This document shows positions 9,643-20,026 of a stretch of DNA of 64,000 bases, one piece after another (positions within the stretch are counted from its first letter, which is position 1; every line of letters starts with the position of its first letter). Made by a program: the position numbers and the translations under genes. A model generated the notes under the pieces. That model was not told the DNA's origin. It did no database searches and saw nothing but the letters and a program-made list of their open reading frames with translations. The stretch is from assembly GCA_963767925.1 (NCBI GenBank), contig CAVYGB010000008.1:3136001-3200000 (forward strand). Direction: 5' to 3'. Source of the stretch: an uncultured delta proteobacterium. GTDB taxonomy: Bacteria > Myxococcota_A > Polyangia > Fen-1088.

Positions 9643-11124
9643 TTAGCGGTCGTTTTCCCGGGCGACCTTGCGCTTGCGAAGGACCGCCTTCTTCTTGAGG
9701 TCGGCGGCCGGATTCTCCCCGGGGATGGCGCCGGCCATGCCGTCGGAGATGGCGGCCCGCATGGCGCCGTGGGGATCGGCCTTGCCGGGGGCGGCGGTCG
9801 AGGTGGCCGGGACCTGGCCCTTCTCGTCGGCGAAGACGATCTCGCCGAACTTGTCGAGGGCGTGGAAGTCTCCCACCAGCGGCGGCGACCAGGCGGAGGC
9901 CTGCTGCGGCTTGCCCTCGGGCGAGTCCATCCGGAACATGTTGATGCGCCAGGTGTCTCCCACCTTCGGCGGAACCTTGACCCCGCCCTGGGCCAGGCCG
10001 TTGACGTCGGCGTGGGGGATGGCGATCTCGGCCAGCCAGCCCTTGTCCTGGTCGTCGCGCTTGTTGAGCGTGCCGAGCACCCGGACCGAAACCTTGGCCT
10101 TGGAGTTCCAGTCGTAGGGCTTGCGCTTGGGGTCGAGGTCGTTCTCGTATTTGCGCCACTCGGGCAAATAGGTGTCGAACAGGTTGCCGTTGGGGGCGAC
10201 CTGGAACTCGACGTAGGTCTTGCCGTTCTTGTCGGCGTCGATCATCACCTCGACGACTTCCTGGGTCCACAGCTTGTCGTCGCGCTTGGACAGGGTCGAC
10301 CAGACGTCGGTGTCGGCGTTCTCGAAGGCGAAGTAGAGGTTGTCGTTGTCCCAGAGGAGCTTGGCCTCGGTCTTGTGCTCGGCCGGGGCACCGGTCAGCG
10401 TGTTGACGAACAGGCCCGTGCTGGGCGCGTCCTTCCAGGCCGCGTCGTCGATCTTCCCGTCGACCTTGACCGCCTTGCCGACCTTGCGGACCAGGTAGCG
10501 CTTGGCGCTGGCCACCGGAGCGGCCTTGTTGACCACCGGCACCGACGCCGCCAGCAGGCGGCCGGTGCTGTCCTTGGCCCCGGTCTTGATGTTCATGCGC
10601 TCGGCCCCGCGCCACAGGCCCGTGTAGACCTGCATCTGATCGTGCGGCCAGGTGACCGGGAGGCGGTTGGTGTGCTCGTCGCGGATGATCTCGCCGGCCT
10701 TCCACTGAGCGACGGGGTACTTGCCGCGCACCGGGTGGTGGTCCCAGTTGATGAAGCCCTGGTTGTTGGGCCCATTGATGTGCACGAACATGCGCCAGCC
10801 CGGCCCGGGCGGCGAGACGACCTTCCAGTAGTGGGTCAGCTTGACGTCTTTGCCCGGCTCGACCGGGTTCATCGAGACGTCCATGCCGAGGTAGATCACC
10901 TTGCCGTCGAGGTCACCGTTCACGGGGAACTGGGGTGTCGGGGCGGTGGTGAGGAGGTTCTTCTTGATGAAGTCCATGTCCTCGGCGGTCGGCTTCTCCT
11001 CGGCCTGCTCCACGCAGCCGAGGCCACCGGCCAGACCGAGCGCCAGGCTGAGGACCAGCGCGCGCCCGGCCGAATGTCGCAGCGCGCTGGCCGCGGAAAA
11101 CCGAAGTGAAACGGGTGAAATCAT
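9643..11124 (-). CDS. Carbohydrate-binding family 9-like domain lipoprotein
   Basis: Lipobox GLGC; VDGKIDDAAW, LLWDNDNLY, EVVEVMID, WRINMFR motifs. Confidence 0.8.
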   Translation of the reverse strand: MISPVSLRFSAASALRHSAGRALVLSLALGLAGGLGCVEQAEEKPTAEDMDFIKKNLLTTAPTPQFPVNGDLDGKVIYLGMDVSMNPVEPGKDVKLTHYWKVVSPPGPGWRMFVHINGPNNQGFINWDHHPVRGKYPVAQWKAGEIIRDEHTNRLPVTWPHDQMQVYTGLWRGAERMNIKTGAKDSTGRLLAASVPVVNKAAPVASAKRYLVRKVGKAVKVDGKIDDAAWKDAPSTGLFVNTLTGAPAEHKTEAKLLWDNDNLYFAFENADTDVWSTLSKRDDKLWTQEVVEVMIDADKNGKTYVEFQVAPNGNLFDTYLPEWRKYENDLDPKRKPYDWNSKAKVSVRVLGTLNKRDDQDKGWLAEIAIPHADVNGLAQGGVKVPPKVGDTWRINMFRMDSPEGKPQQASAWSPPLVGDFHALDKFGEIVFADEKGQVPATSTAAPGKADPHGAMRAAISDGMAGAIPGENPAADLKKKAVLRKRKVARENDR

Positions 11125-11247
11125 GGACGACTCTCCTTACCCAGCGCGGCCAGTGGCGCCAGCCGATTGAACGGGGCCTCTTTTACCCGAGACCCCCTGC
11201 CTTGGCAACGTCGGGTCAGACGAGAGACGCCCCCGCCGCGCGGGCGA

Positions 11248-11583
11248 TCACCGCCGGGGACGGGCCGGAGCGCGGGTGGAGAAACGATCCCGCTGGCGGC
11301 GCGAGCCACCGGGCGTTCCCGCCCGCGGACCGGCCGGACCGCGCAGCTCGGTGGTCATCGTCAGGCGTGGCTGCTCGGCGATCTCGACGATCAGGACCGC
11401 CCGCCCGGACGGCAAGACGCCGTCCTCGAGCTCGGCGCTGACCGCGTCCAGCGCGCACTCGAGCGAGGCGCAGACCGCCCAGAGGGCCCCCCCGGCCACC
11501 ACCGCGAACTGCCCCCGACAGTGGGAGCACAGCTCGCGTTTGTGACGTTCGAATACCCGCATCCCGCGCGACACCCCCCGCAT
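11248..11583 (-). CDS. Small hypothetical protein (possibly DUF5678-like)
   Basis: 3' part of ORF 11248..12276: FERHKRELCSHCRGQFAVVAGGALW...LECALDA. Confidence 0.5.
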   Translation of the reverse strand: MRGVSRGMRVFERHKRELCSHCRGQFAVVAGGALWAVCASLECALDAVSAELEDGVLPSGRAVLIVEIAEQPRLTMTTELRGPAGPRAGTPGGSRRQRDRFSTRAPARPRR

Positions 11584-11803
11584 GAGCCCCCCCTGGTGAT
11601 TGTGGGACCCCGATCGGCCCGCGTCCAAAACCCAGATGCGGCGCTCGGATAGGTCCTGGCTGGGCCCGGTTGCAACCGGCGCGTGAAAGGAAGCGACTTT
11701 CGTCACCTGGGCGCGCAGCGTAGCAAGGGGAAACCGCAGCGGTCTCCGGCTTTTGCGGGGGACCCAACGCTTTGGCAAGAGCCGTTGTAGAGTCAAGGTC
11801 GGA

Positions 11804-12994
11804 ATGGATGGCGAGGAGTCGCACCCCCGGTCTGAAGGGGAAGACAGAACGCAGCCTGCTGCGGGGCCACTCCTTTCCGGAAGCACGAGCGCGTTGCAGC
11901 GGACGGTAGCGGCGTTGCGGGCGCGGCTGGGCCAGCGGGGGTTCGCCGCCCTGCTGGCGGTGCTGGCCGCAGCGGCGGTCCTTGTCGCCTGGCTGGTGCC
12001 CCGCGAGGGGGGACCGGCCACGGCCCTGCGCCGCTGGGTCGGCCTCGAATCGGCCTGCGGCAACGGCCGGGTCGACGGCAAGGAGGAGTGCGACGACGGC
12101 AACGATCGCGCCGACGACGCCTGTCTGCCGGGCTGCCGGATGGCTCGCTGCGGAGACGGGGTCCAGCGGCGCGACGTCGAGGAGTGCGACGATGGCAACC
12201 GCCTGGAGGGGGATGGCTGCTCGAGCGCCTGCCTCTCCTGTCCGCGGGGCGGCAACGGCTTCTCCTCGTCGGCCAACGGGCACTGCTACTGGCGCGAGGA
12301 CGAGCCGCTCTCGTTCGACGACGCCGCCTCCCGCTGCGTGCGGGGCGACGGCCACCTGGTGACCTTCGCCGACGACCGGGAGTGGCGCGAGGTGACCGAG
12401 CAGCTCCTCTCGGGGGGCAACGCGCCGCCCGTGTGGATCGGCCTGCGCAAGGAGGACCAGAACGGCGTGCGGGACTTCGGCTGGGTCGACGGGGCCCGCG
12501 TCCTGGCGGTGCACTGGTCGATCCAGGAGCCGCGCCGCACACCGGGGGGCCTCGACTGCGGGGTGCAGGGGTCGGGGGGCAACTGGGCCGTCTCGACCTG
12601 CACCGAGCAGCGCGGATACGTCTGCGAGCGGCCGGCCTGGGTGGTCGAGCCGCGCACCGGCAGCGCCTACCGGCGTTTCGTCGAGCGGGTCACCTGGGAG
12701 CGGGCCCGGGCCCACTGCGCCGATCGTGGGGGTCACCTGGTCACGTTCTCCGACCTGAGCGAGCAGGCCTTCGTGGCGGCCCGCTTTCAGGGGACGGTCT
12801 GGATCGGCGGGCAAATGACCGACGAGCGAGGCGGCTTCGGCTGGATGACCGGGGAGGCCCCCGCCCACGCCGACTTCGCCCCCGGCGAGCCCAACTACCT
12901 GGCCGAGCAGAAATGCGTCGCGCTGGACGTCGACCGTCGCTGGTACAACCGCCTCTGCAGCGACCGCCACAGCTTCGTCTGCGAGACGCCGTAA
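11804..12994 (+). CDS. Membrane-anchored protein with Myxococcus Cys-rich repeats (DUF4215-like) and two C-type lectin domains
   Basis: CGNG..EECDDGN repeats; GHLVTF, VWIG, WxxxxC, YVCE/FVCE motifs twice. Confidence 0.88.
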   Translation: MDGEESHPRSEGEDRTQPAAGPLLSGSTSALQRTVAALRARLGQRGFAALLAVLAAAAVLVAWLVPREGGPATALRRWVGLESACGNGRVDGKEECDDGNDRADDACLPGCRMARCGDGVQRRDVEECDDGNRLEGDGCSSACLSCPRGGNGFSSSANGHCYWREDEPLSFDDAASRCVRGDGHLVTFADDREWREVTEQLLSGGNAPPVWIGLRKEDQNGVRDFGWVDGARVLAVHWSIQEPRRTPGGLDCGVQGSGGNWAVSTCTEQRGYVCERPAWVVEPRTGSAYRRFVERVTWERARAHCADRGGHLVTFSDLSEQAFVAARFQGTVWIGGQMTDERGGFGWMTGEAPAHADFAPGEPNYLAEQKCVALDVDRRWYNRLCSDRHSFVCETP

Positions 12995-12996
12995 TC

Positions 12997-13067
12997 GGGA
13001 CCCTCAAAGAGTCCCGCCCCCCCCCTCGAAGCTGCGCGCCGAGCAAGCTCGGCGGCTCCGCAGTTTC
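12997..13067. repeat. REP-like tandem hairpins
   Basis: GGGAC-CCTCAAAGA-GTCCC and GAAGCTGCG..GCCGAGC-AA-GCTCGGC..CGCAGTTTC just after a stop codon. Confidence 0.55.
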
Positions 13068-13227
13068 ATTCTACTCGGGACCTCCTCTGGCTCAAGGCGG
13101 GGCGGGGGGCTGCCGATGCGGGTAGGTTCCTGCTCGGCGCTTGCCCCGGAATCGGCGGGGGCGGCGCTGGCAGCGCTCCGGATCGTTCCCGATTCTGACG
13201 ACAGAGATCGCCAGAGGTTGGTGGTCG

Positions 13228-16200
13228 ATGAGATGGACGGCGTGGGGGGCGGGGATCGTGTTCTGGGTCGGGCTTGTCGCGGGCTGCGACGGAACCCCGC
13301 CCGAGCCGAGCGCCGAGCCCGGTGAGAGCCCGGGGCCCAGCGCGGCCCCCGGCGGCGCGGGGATGCAGACCGTCTGGCTGGTGCTGCGACAGCAGGCCGA
13401 CCTGGCGCCCGCCCGGGCCATGCGCGACTGGCGGGCCCGCGGCCAGCTCGTCTTCGAGCGGCTGACCCGCACCGCCTCGCAGGCCCAGGGCCCGCTGCGG
13501 GCGCTCCTGCGCAGCCGGGGGATCGCCCACCAGCCGCACTGGATCGTCAACGCCGTCCGGATCACGGCCGACCCCGACCTGGTCGGGGTGCTGCGGCAGC
13601 TCCCCGAGGTGGCCAGCGTCCACCCGGACCGGACCATGAGCCTGCCGCCCCGCCTGGACGGCAGCGAGGAGACCCGCTCCCGCTCGGCCCAGTGGGGCCT
13701 GGACAACATCGGCGCCCCCGCGGTCTGGGAGCAGTTCGGCTTCCGCGGCGAGAACGTCGTCGTGGCGAGCATCGACACCGGCGTCGACTTCGAGCACCCC
13801 GCCCTGCGCAGGCAGTACCGCGGGCGCCAGCTCGACGGCAACCTCGACCACAATTACAGCTGGTTCGATCCAGCCAGCGTGTGCGGCTCGCCCTCGCTCG
13901 CCCCCTGCGACAACGCCGGCCACGGCACCCACACCATGGGAATCATCGTCGGCGAGGCCGACGACGAGCTCGAGCCCAACCGGATCGGAGTGGCCCCCCG
14001 GGCGCGCTGGATCGCGGCCAAGGGGTGCGAGAGCGGGGACTGCAGCCTGTCGTCGCTCATGCGGGCGGGCGAGTGGATGCTGGCGCCCACCGATCTGGCC
14101 GGGGAGAACCCCCGCCCCGACCTGCGCCCGCACGTGGTGAACAACTCCTGGTCGGCCGGCGCGGGCGACGACATCTTCTTCCAGACCATCGTGAAGGCCT
14201 GGGTGGCGGCCGGGATCTTCCCCACCTTCGCCAGCGGCAACGACGGCCCCGGCTGCAACTCGGCCGACTCGCCCGCCGACTACTCCGAGAGCTACGCGGT
14301 GGGGGCCCACGACAGCGGCAACCAGATCGCCTCCTTCTCCAGCCGGGGCAACACCAACCTCGGCGGGGTCAAGCCAAACGTCAGCGCGCCCGGGGTCAAC
14401 ATCCGCAGCAGCATCCCCGGCGGGGGCTACGGGATCTCCAACGGCACCTCGATGGCCACCCCCCACGTCTCGGGCGCGGTGGCGCTGATCTGGTCGGCCG
14501 CCCCCGGGCTCCTGGGCGACGTGGCCGCCACCCGCGCCCTGCTCGACCAGACCGCGGTCGACACCGCCGACGTCACCTGCGGCGGCAGCCCCGAGAACAA
14601 CAACGTGTTCGGCGAGGGCCGGCTCGACGCCTTCGCCGCCGTCAGCCGGGCCCCCCGGCCGGCGAGCGGCACCCTGCAGGGGACCGTGCGGGTGAACGCG
14701 GGCGGCCAGACCGGCACCGTGGCCGGCGCCCGGATCCGGGCCCAGGGTCTGGCCGACCGGACCATCGTCGCCGAGGCGGGCGGCGGCTACGGGGTGGTGC
14801 TCCCGGCGGGCCGCTACCTGGTGACGGCCAGCGCGTTCGGCTACGTCTCCCAGACCGTCACCAACATCTTCGTCGGCGCCGAGGAGCGCACCGTCCTCGA
14901 GTTCGTGCTGGAGCCCGCCCCCACCCACGTCGTGCGGGGGGTCGTCCGCCAGACCGACGGCCGGGCCCTGTCCGGCGCCCGGGTGGCGCTCGACGGCACG
15001 CCCCTGCTGGCCGCCCTCACCGACGAGCACGGGGCCTACGCCATCCCGGCGGTGCCGCCCGGGTCGTACCGGGTGTCGGCCACCCGGGGGGGCTGCTTCA
15101 CCCAGACCAGCCGGGTGCTCGCGGTGGCGGGCGACGCCCAGGTCGACCTCGATTTGCCCCGGCGCTCGGACTACTACGGCTACTTCTGCGAGCCGCGGCG
15201 GGCCGGGTTCATCGACGCCCGCACCGTGCTGCCGCTGGCCGGCGACCAGGACTCGGTCACGGTCTCCCTGCCCTTCGGCTTCTCCTTCTATGGCCGGGTC
15301 TACCGGCAGGCGGAGGTGGCCCGGGCCGGCTACCTCAGCTTCGCCCCGGCGGCCGCCCGCGTGCAGGACACCCGGCCGGGCGTCGAACGCATCCCCGGCC
15401 ACGGGCCGCCCAACGGGGCCATCTACGCCTTCTGGGACGACCTCGTCGTCGGCCAGGGCAGCGTGCGCACCGACGTGGTGGGGACCTCGCCGCAACGGGC
15501 CTTCGTCGTCGAGTGGCGCGATGTCACCTTTCGTGACGCGACCAACCTGCGGGTGCGGTTCGAGATCGTCCTCCACGAGGACGGGCGCATCGTCACCCAG
15601 TACCTCGACGCCGGCCCGGACGCGCGGCAACGCGGCGCCTCGGCGACGGTGGGCCTGGAGGACCCCGAGGGCATCGACGGGCTGGAGTACTCCAGCCAGT
15701 CGCCCAGCCTGGAATCGGGCGCCGCCCTCCTCTTCGGCCTCCCCCCCTCGGGCGTGCTCGAGGGGCAGGTGATCGACGCCAACAACGGGCGCCCCCTCCA
15801 GGGCGTCTACCTGCTGGCCTGGAACGAGGCGACCGGCGTGCGCGCCACCTACACCGACGCGGACGGCCGTTACCGCCTGGAGATGCAGGTCGGGCTGCAG
15901 TCGGTGGGGATCTACGCCCCCAGCTACGACGAGGAGACCCGCGCGGTGCAGGTGGACGAGGGAGAGGCCCGGCGCCTGGACCTGTCGCTGCGCAGCGGGC
16001 GGGCGACAATCGCCCCCCGCTCGCTCGGGTTCTCCGACGGATACAGCCGCTTCACCGTGTTTTCCCTCGGCAACACCGGCTCACGTGACCTGAGCTTCGA
16101 GGTGTCGGCCGGGCCCGCCCAAGGCGGTGACGGTGACGGCGACGGCGGCGATCCCTCCCGGGAGATCGACTGGCTGACCGTGTCGCCCCCCTCGGGCACG

Positions 16201-16494
16201 GTGGCGGTCGGCGGGCAGCAGGCCATCGAAGTGATCCTCGATCGGACGGCCCTGCCGCCCGGGCGGCACCGGGCCAACCTGCTGATCTGGACCGACACGC
16301 CCGGGGGCCACTCCCTGGCGGTTCCGGTCGAGGTCGTCATCCTCCCCCGGCAGCCGCTGCAGGCGCGGCAGGTGCCGCCGGCCTCGCTGGACGACCTGCG
16401 GGCGCCCTCCTCCGCCCAGCAGAAGCGGGGCCTCGAGCCAGCTTTCCGCCCCCGATCCGAAGCGAGCCCCGTTACCAGCAGCGACGGGCCATAA
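13228..16494 (+). CDS. S8 (subtilisin-like) serine peptidase lipoprotein with carboxypeptidase-regulatory-like and Ig-like domains
   Basis: Lipobox LVAGC; catalytic triad IDTGV, HGTHTMG, GTSMATPH. Confidence 0.93.
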   Translation: MRWTAWGAGIVFWVGLVAGCDGTPPEPSAEPGESPGPSAAPGGAGMQTVWLVLRQQADLAPARAMRDWRARGQLVFERLTRTASQAQGPLRALLRSRGIAHQPHWIVNAVRITADPDLVGVLRQLPEVASVHPDRTMSLPPRLDGSEETRSRSAQWGLDNIGAPAVWEQFGFRGENVVVASIDTGVDFEHPALRRQYRGRQLDGNLDHNYSWFDPASVCGSPSLAPCDNAGHGTHTMGIIVGEADDELEPNRIGVAPRARWIAAKGCESGDCSLSSLMRAGEWMLAPTDLAGENPRPDLRPHVVNNSWSAGAGDDIFFQTIVKAWVAAGIFPTFASGNDGPGCNSADSPADYSESYAVGAHDSGNQIASFSSRGNTNLGGVKPNVSAPGVNIRSSIPGGGYGISNGTSMATPHVSGAVALIWSAAPGLLGDVAATRALLDQTAVDTADVTCGGSPENNNVFGEGRLDAFAAVSRAPRPASGTLQGTVRVNAGGQTGTVAGARIRAQGLADRTIVAEAGGGYGVVLPAGRYLVTASAFGYVSQTVTNIFVGAEERTVLEFVLEPAPTHVVRGVVRQTDGRALSGARVALDGTPLLAALTDEHGAYAIPAVPPGSYRVSATRGGCFTQTSRVLAVAGDAQVDLDLPRRSDYYGYFCEPRRAGFIDARTVLPLAGDQDSVTVSLPFGFSFYGRVYRQAEVARAGYLSFAPAAARVQDTRPGVERIPGHGPPNGAIYAFWDDLVVGQGSVRTDVVGTSPQRAFVVEWRDVTFRDATNLRVRFEIVLHEDGRIVTQYLDAGPDARQRGASATVGLEDPEGIDGLEYSSQSPSLESGAALLFGLPPSGVLEGQVIDANNGRPLQGVYLLAWNEATGVRATYTDADGRYRLEMQVGLQSVGIYAPSYDEETRAVQVDEGEARRLDLSLRSGRATIAPRSLGFSDGYSRFTVFSLGNTGSRDLSFEVSAGPAQGGDGDGDGGDPSREIDWLTVSPPSGTVAVGGQQAIEVILDRTALPPGRHRANLLIWTDTPGGHSLAVPVEVVILPRQPLQARQVPPASLDDLRAPSSAQQKRGLEPAFRPRSEASPVTSSDGP

Positions 16495-16631
16495 GAGCCC
16501 CTGAGCCGCGCCCCGCCCCCTTCCACGCCGACGGGGGCGATTTGTTCCCGGGTTACGGGAAGTAATTCCGGGTACGCGGTTTCTCCCAGGTAACCGCCGC
16601 GATACGGGCGCTGTGGCCGGCGCGCTGCCGC

Positions 16632-16659
16632 TTGCTGCGAAACGCGCCCTGCCTATAAT
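16632..16659 (+). promoter_or_regulatory. Putative sigma70 promoter of oar-mlpA
   Basis: TTGCTG-N16-TATAAT; a perfect -10 hexamer is rare in DNA this GC-rich. Confidence 0.5.
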
Positions 16660-16800
16660 GCGGACCGACTGGCTCGATCCGGGTTATTGGACGTGGATTC
16701 AATACCGGCGAGAAGGTCTCCGATCCGGGCGCGGGCCGGAGACTCTGCTCGCGAGCTGGCGTTTCCCCCTGGCCGTCCCTCGGGACGAGAAGGCAGTGTG

Positions 16801-19800
16801 ATGATGTTGGAACCACGGAACCCCGAAGGTCTGGCCGGCTCCAGGAGCCGGACCTTCTCTCACGCCATCCTCTGGACAGTTCTCGTCACCACCCTGGCGG
16901 TCGCCGCGCCGGCTGCCGCCCAGACGGGCTCCTCCGTCATCACGGGTGCGGTCACCGACGCCGTGACCCGCGCGCCCGTGCCCGAGGCCATCGTGACGGT
17001 CAGCTCCCCCTCGATGCAGGGCGAGCAGACCGTCCTCACCGACGGCTCGGGCTTTTACCGGGCGCCCAGCCTCCCCGGAGGCCTCTACACCGTGCGGGTC
17101 GATCGCGAAGGGTATGACTCCTACGAGCAGAGCCGGATCTCGGTGCGCGGCGACGTCACCTTCCGGATCAACGTCTTTCTCGTCCCCCGCAACGTCGAGG
17201 GCAAGACCGAGGAGATCGAGATCACCGAGCGGCCGCCCACCATCGACGTCGGTTCGAGCTCGGTGAAGACGACGTTCTCCGAGGAGATGATCCGCCGGGT
17301 GCCCATCGCCCGGCCCGACACCGCCCGCGGCGGCGGCGTCCGCTCCTACGAGGCGGTGGCGGCGGCCGCCCCCCAGGCCCGCGGGGATCTCTACGGCACC
17401 TCCATCAGCGGCACCACCTCGCCGGAGAACCTCTACCTCATCGACGGGCTGGCGGTGAACGACGCCGCCTACGGCATCGGCACCACGCCGCTGTCGAGCG
17501 AGTTCCTCAAGGAGGTCAGCGTGGCCACCGGCGGCTACCTGCCCGAGTTCGGGCGGGCCACCGGCGGCATCATCACCGCCACGGTGAAGTCCGGGTCGAA
17601 CGAGATCCGCGGCTCGGCCTGGACCAACGTCACCCCGGGCGTCTTCGAGGGCACGCCCAAGAGCGCCTTCGACGAGGGCAGCACGATCTTCGCCGGCCGG
17701 CCCGAGATCAACATCATCGGTGACTTCGGCACCGACGTCGGCCTGCCCATCATCCGCGATCGGCTCTGGCTCTACGTGGGCGTGCTCGGGTCGACCACCC
17801 GGCACAAGCTCCCCCGCTCCCTCTACGCGACCGAGGTCGACGGGGCGAACATGCCGGTGCGCGACGCCAACGGCAACACCGTGCGCACGTTGATCCCCGG
17901 CACCGAGCGGGAATACGACGCCGTCGCCCACTCGATGCAGGCGGTCGGCAAGCTGACCTTCTCCCCCAGCCGCAGCCACTCGCTGACCCTCACCAGCATC
18001 GTCACCCCCTGGCGCGCCGGGGGCGGCAACAACTTCGGCTACGACCCTCAGGACAACCGGCCGGACGGGTTCGCGGCGGCCATGGCCGGGTCACCGGACG
18101 GCCTGACCAACACCAGCCGCAACGACCAGGTGAGCAACATCGTCAAGTGGACGGCCACCACCCAGAACAAGCGGGTCACCTTCGAGAACACCTTCGGCTG
18201 GCACCACTCGACCGAGTCCATCCTGCCGATGGACGGGTCGTTGCCCGGCAGCGGCCAGGGCCTGGCGGCCGTCCCCGGCATCCGCTACCGGCGCAGCCCC
18301 TTTCACTCCATCGCCGACTTCGAGGACGTGCCCGCCGGCTACTGCGAGGAGCGGGGCGCGGCCAGCGCGGTCCGCTGCCCGGTCAGCAGCTACGCCACCG
18401 GATCCGGCCTCATCTACACCCGGGGCCAGGATCGCCTGCAGCTCCGCAGCATGATGACCGTCCTGGCGCAGGCGCTCGGCCACCACGTGATCAAGATCGG
18501 CATCGACGCCGAGCGGGTGGGCAACGACATGAACAAGGGCTACGCGGGCGGCAACCTCTTCCGGGAGAACCCGGCCGGAAGCGCCTTCTCCGACTACCGG
18601 AACTACGCCTACCTGATCGGCCCCGACGAGGTGCTATGGGCCGACACCATCCGGGCCCAGACCACGCTCTGGAACATCGGAGCCTTCGCCCAGAATAGCT
18701 GGTCGATCGCGGACAAGGTCACGGTCAACCTCGGTATCCGCTACGACTCGGAGTACCTGTTCAACAACGAGGGCGACCTGCGGATGTCCCTGCCCCATCA
18801 GATCGCCCCCCGGGTCGGTCTGATCTACGACCCCACCCAGGCTGGCCGCTCCAAGCTGTTCGCCAGCTTCGCCCGCTACTACCAGCACGTGCCCCTCGAC
18901 GTCGCCGATCGATCCCTGTCGGCCGAGCCGTCCTTCACCGGGCTGCACGACACCGCGGTCTGCGATCCCCGCGACCCGGCCAAGCTGGCCGCCTGCCGCG
19001 AGCGCCGGAGCTACCAGCACGTGGGCAGCGCCTCGGACCCCGATCAATATTTCATCGGCACCGGCGGGGGGACCACCCCGATCGATCCAAACCTCAAGAC
19101 CCCCACCGTCGACGAATTCGTCTTCGGCGCCGAATACCAGCTCCTGCCCGAGAGCCGGCTGTCGCTGACCTTCACCCGCCGGCGGCTCAAGAACATGATC
19201 GAGGACATGAGCGTCGACGAGGCCCAGACCTACTTCATCGGCAACCCGGGCCAGGGCATCGCCGCCAACTTCCCGGTGGCACGCCGGGACTACGACGCCA
19301 TGACCCTCCTGTTCTCGAAGGAGTTCCTGGACAACTGGCTGATGCTGGCGAGCTACACCCTGGCCCGCCTCGAGGGCAACATCGCCGGGTTGTACCGGCC
19401 GGAGACCGGGCAGCTCGATCCCAACATCAACTCGGACTTCGACCTCCTCAGCCTGCTGCCCAACCGCTCGGGGCCGCTCGGCAGCGACAACCGCCATCAG
19501 CTCCGGCTGACGGGGGCCTACGACTTCGCCCTCACCCAGCGGCAGCGCCTCAACTTCGGGGCCAGCCTGCGCGCCACCTCGGGCGGACCGACCAGCTACC
19601 TGGGCTCACACGGCCTGTACGGCCCGGGCGAGGTGTTCGTGTTGCCCCGTGGGTCGGGCCCCCGCCTGCCCTGGAACTACACCTCCGACGTGAACCTGCG
19701 CTACGGGTTCTCGCTGGCCAACGGCCACATGCTCGAGGGCTACGTCAACGTCTACAACCTGTTCAATCTCCAGGGCGCCATCGACACCGACGAGACCTAC

Positions 19801-19974
19801 ACGAGATCCGACGTGTTGCCCATCGCCGGCGGCCAGAACACCGGCGACCTCGGCAAGCTGATGACCGAAGACGGCCGTCCCTTCAACCCGATGGACGTGA
19901 ACCCGAACTTCGGCGAGATCCAGACCTACCAGGCGCCGCGCGTGGTGACCTTCGGGGTTCGTTACAATTACTGA
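16801..19974 (+). CDS. oar: Oar-like TonB-dependent outer membrane receptor
   Basis: Signal peptide, carboxypeptidase-regulatory-like N-domain, GTTSPENLYLIDG, GGYLPEFGRATGG, C-terminal GVRYNY; followed by an MlpA-like gene as in Myxococcus. Confidence 0.85.
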   Translation: MMLEPRNPEGLAGSRSRTFSHAILWTVLVTTLAVAAPAAAQTGSSVITGAVTDAVTRAPVPEAIVTVSSPSMQGEQTVLTDGSGFYRAPSLPGGLYTVRVDREGYDSYEQSRISVRGDVTFRINVFLVPRNVEGKTEEIEITERPPTIDVGSSSVKTTFSEEMIRRVPIARPDTARGGGVRSYEAVAAAAPQARGDLYGTSISGTTSPENLYLIDGLAVNDAAYGIGTTPLSSEFLKEVSVATGGYLPEFGRATGGIITATVKSGSNEIRGSAWTNVTPGVFEGTPKSAFDEGSTIFAGRPEINIIGDFGTDVGLPIIRDRLWLYVGVLGSTTRHKLPRSLYATEVDGANMPVRDANGNTVRTLIPGTEREYDAVAHSMQAVGKLTFSPSRSHSLTLTSIVTPWRAGGGNNFGYDPQDNRPDGFAAAMAGSPDGLTNTSRNDQVSNIVKWTATTQNKRVTFENTFGWHHSTESILPMDGSLPGSGQGLAAVPGIRYRRSPFHSIADFEDVPAGYCEERGAASAVRCPVSSYATGSGLIYTRGQDRLQLRSMMTVLAQALGHHVIKIGIDAERVGNDMNKGYAGGNLFRENPAGSAFSDYRNYAYLIGPDEVLWADTIRAQTTLWNIGAFAQNSWSIADKVTVNLGIRYDSEYLFNNEGDLRMSLPHQIAPRVGLIYDPTQAGRSKLFASFARYYQHVPLDVADRSLSAEPSFTGLHDTAVCDPRDPAKLAACRERRSYQHVGSASDPDQYFIGTGGGTTPIDPNLKTPTVDEFVFGAEYQLLPESRLSLTFTRRRLKNMIEDMSVDEAQTYFIGNPGQGIAANFPVARRDYDAMTLLFSKEFLDNWLMLASYTLARLEGNIAGLYRPETGQLDPNINSDFDLLSLLPNRSGPLGSDNRHQLRLTGAYDFALTQRQRLNFGASLRATSGGPTSYLGSHGLYGPGEVFVLPRGSGPRLPWNYTSDVNLRYGFSLANGHMLEGYVNVYNLFNLQGAIDTDETYTRSDVLPIAGGQNTGDLGKLMTEDGRPFNPMDVNPNFGEIQTYQAPRVVTFGVRYNY

Positions 19975-20026
19975 GGGCGAGGACGACGACATGAAGCGAT
20001 CCACGACACGACGACTGGAGGATCAG

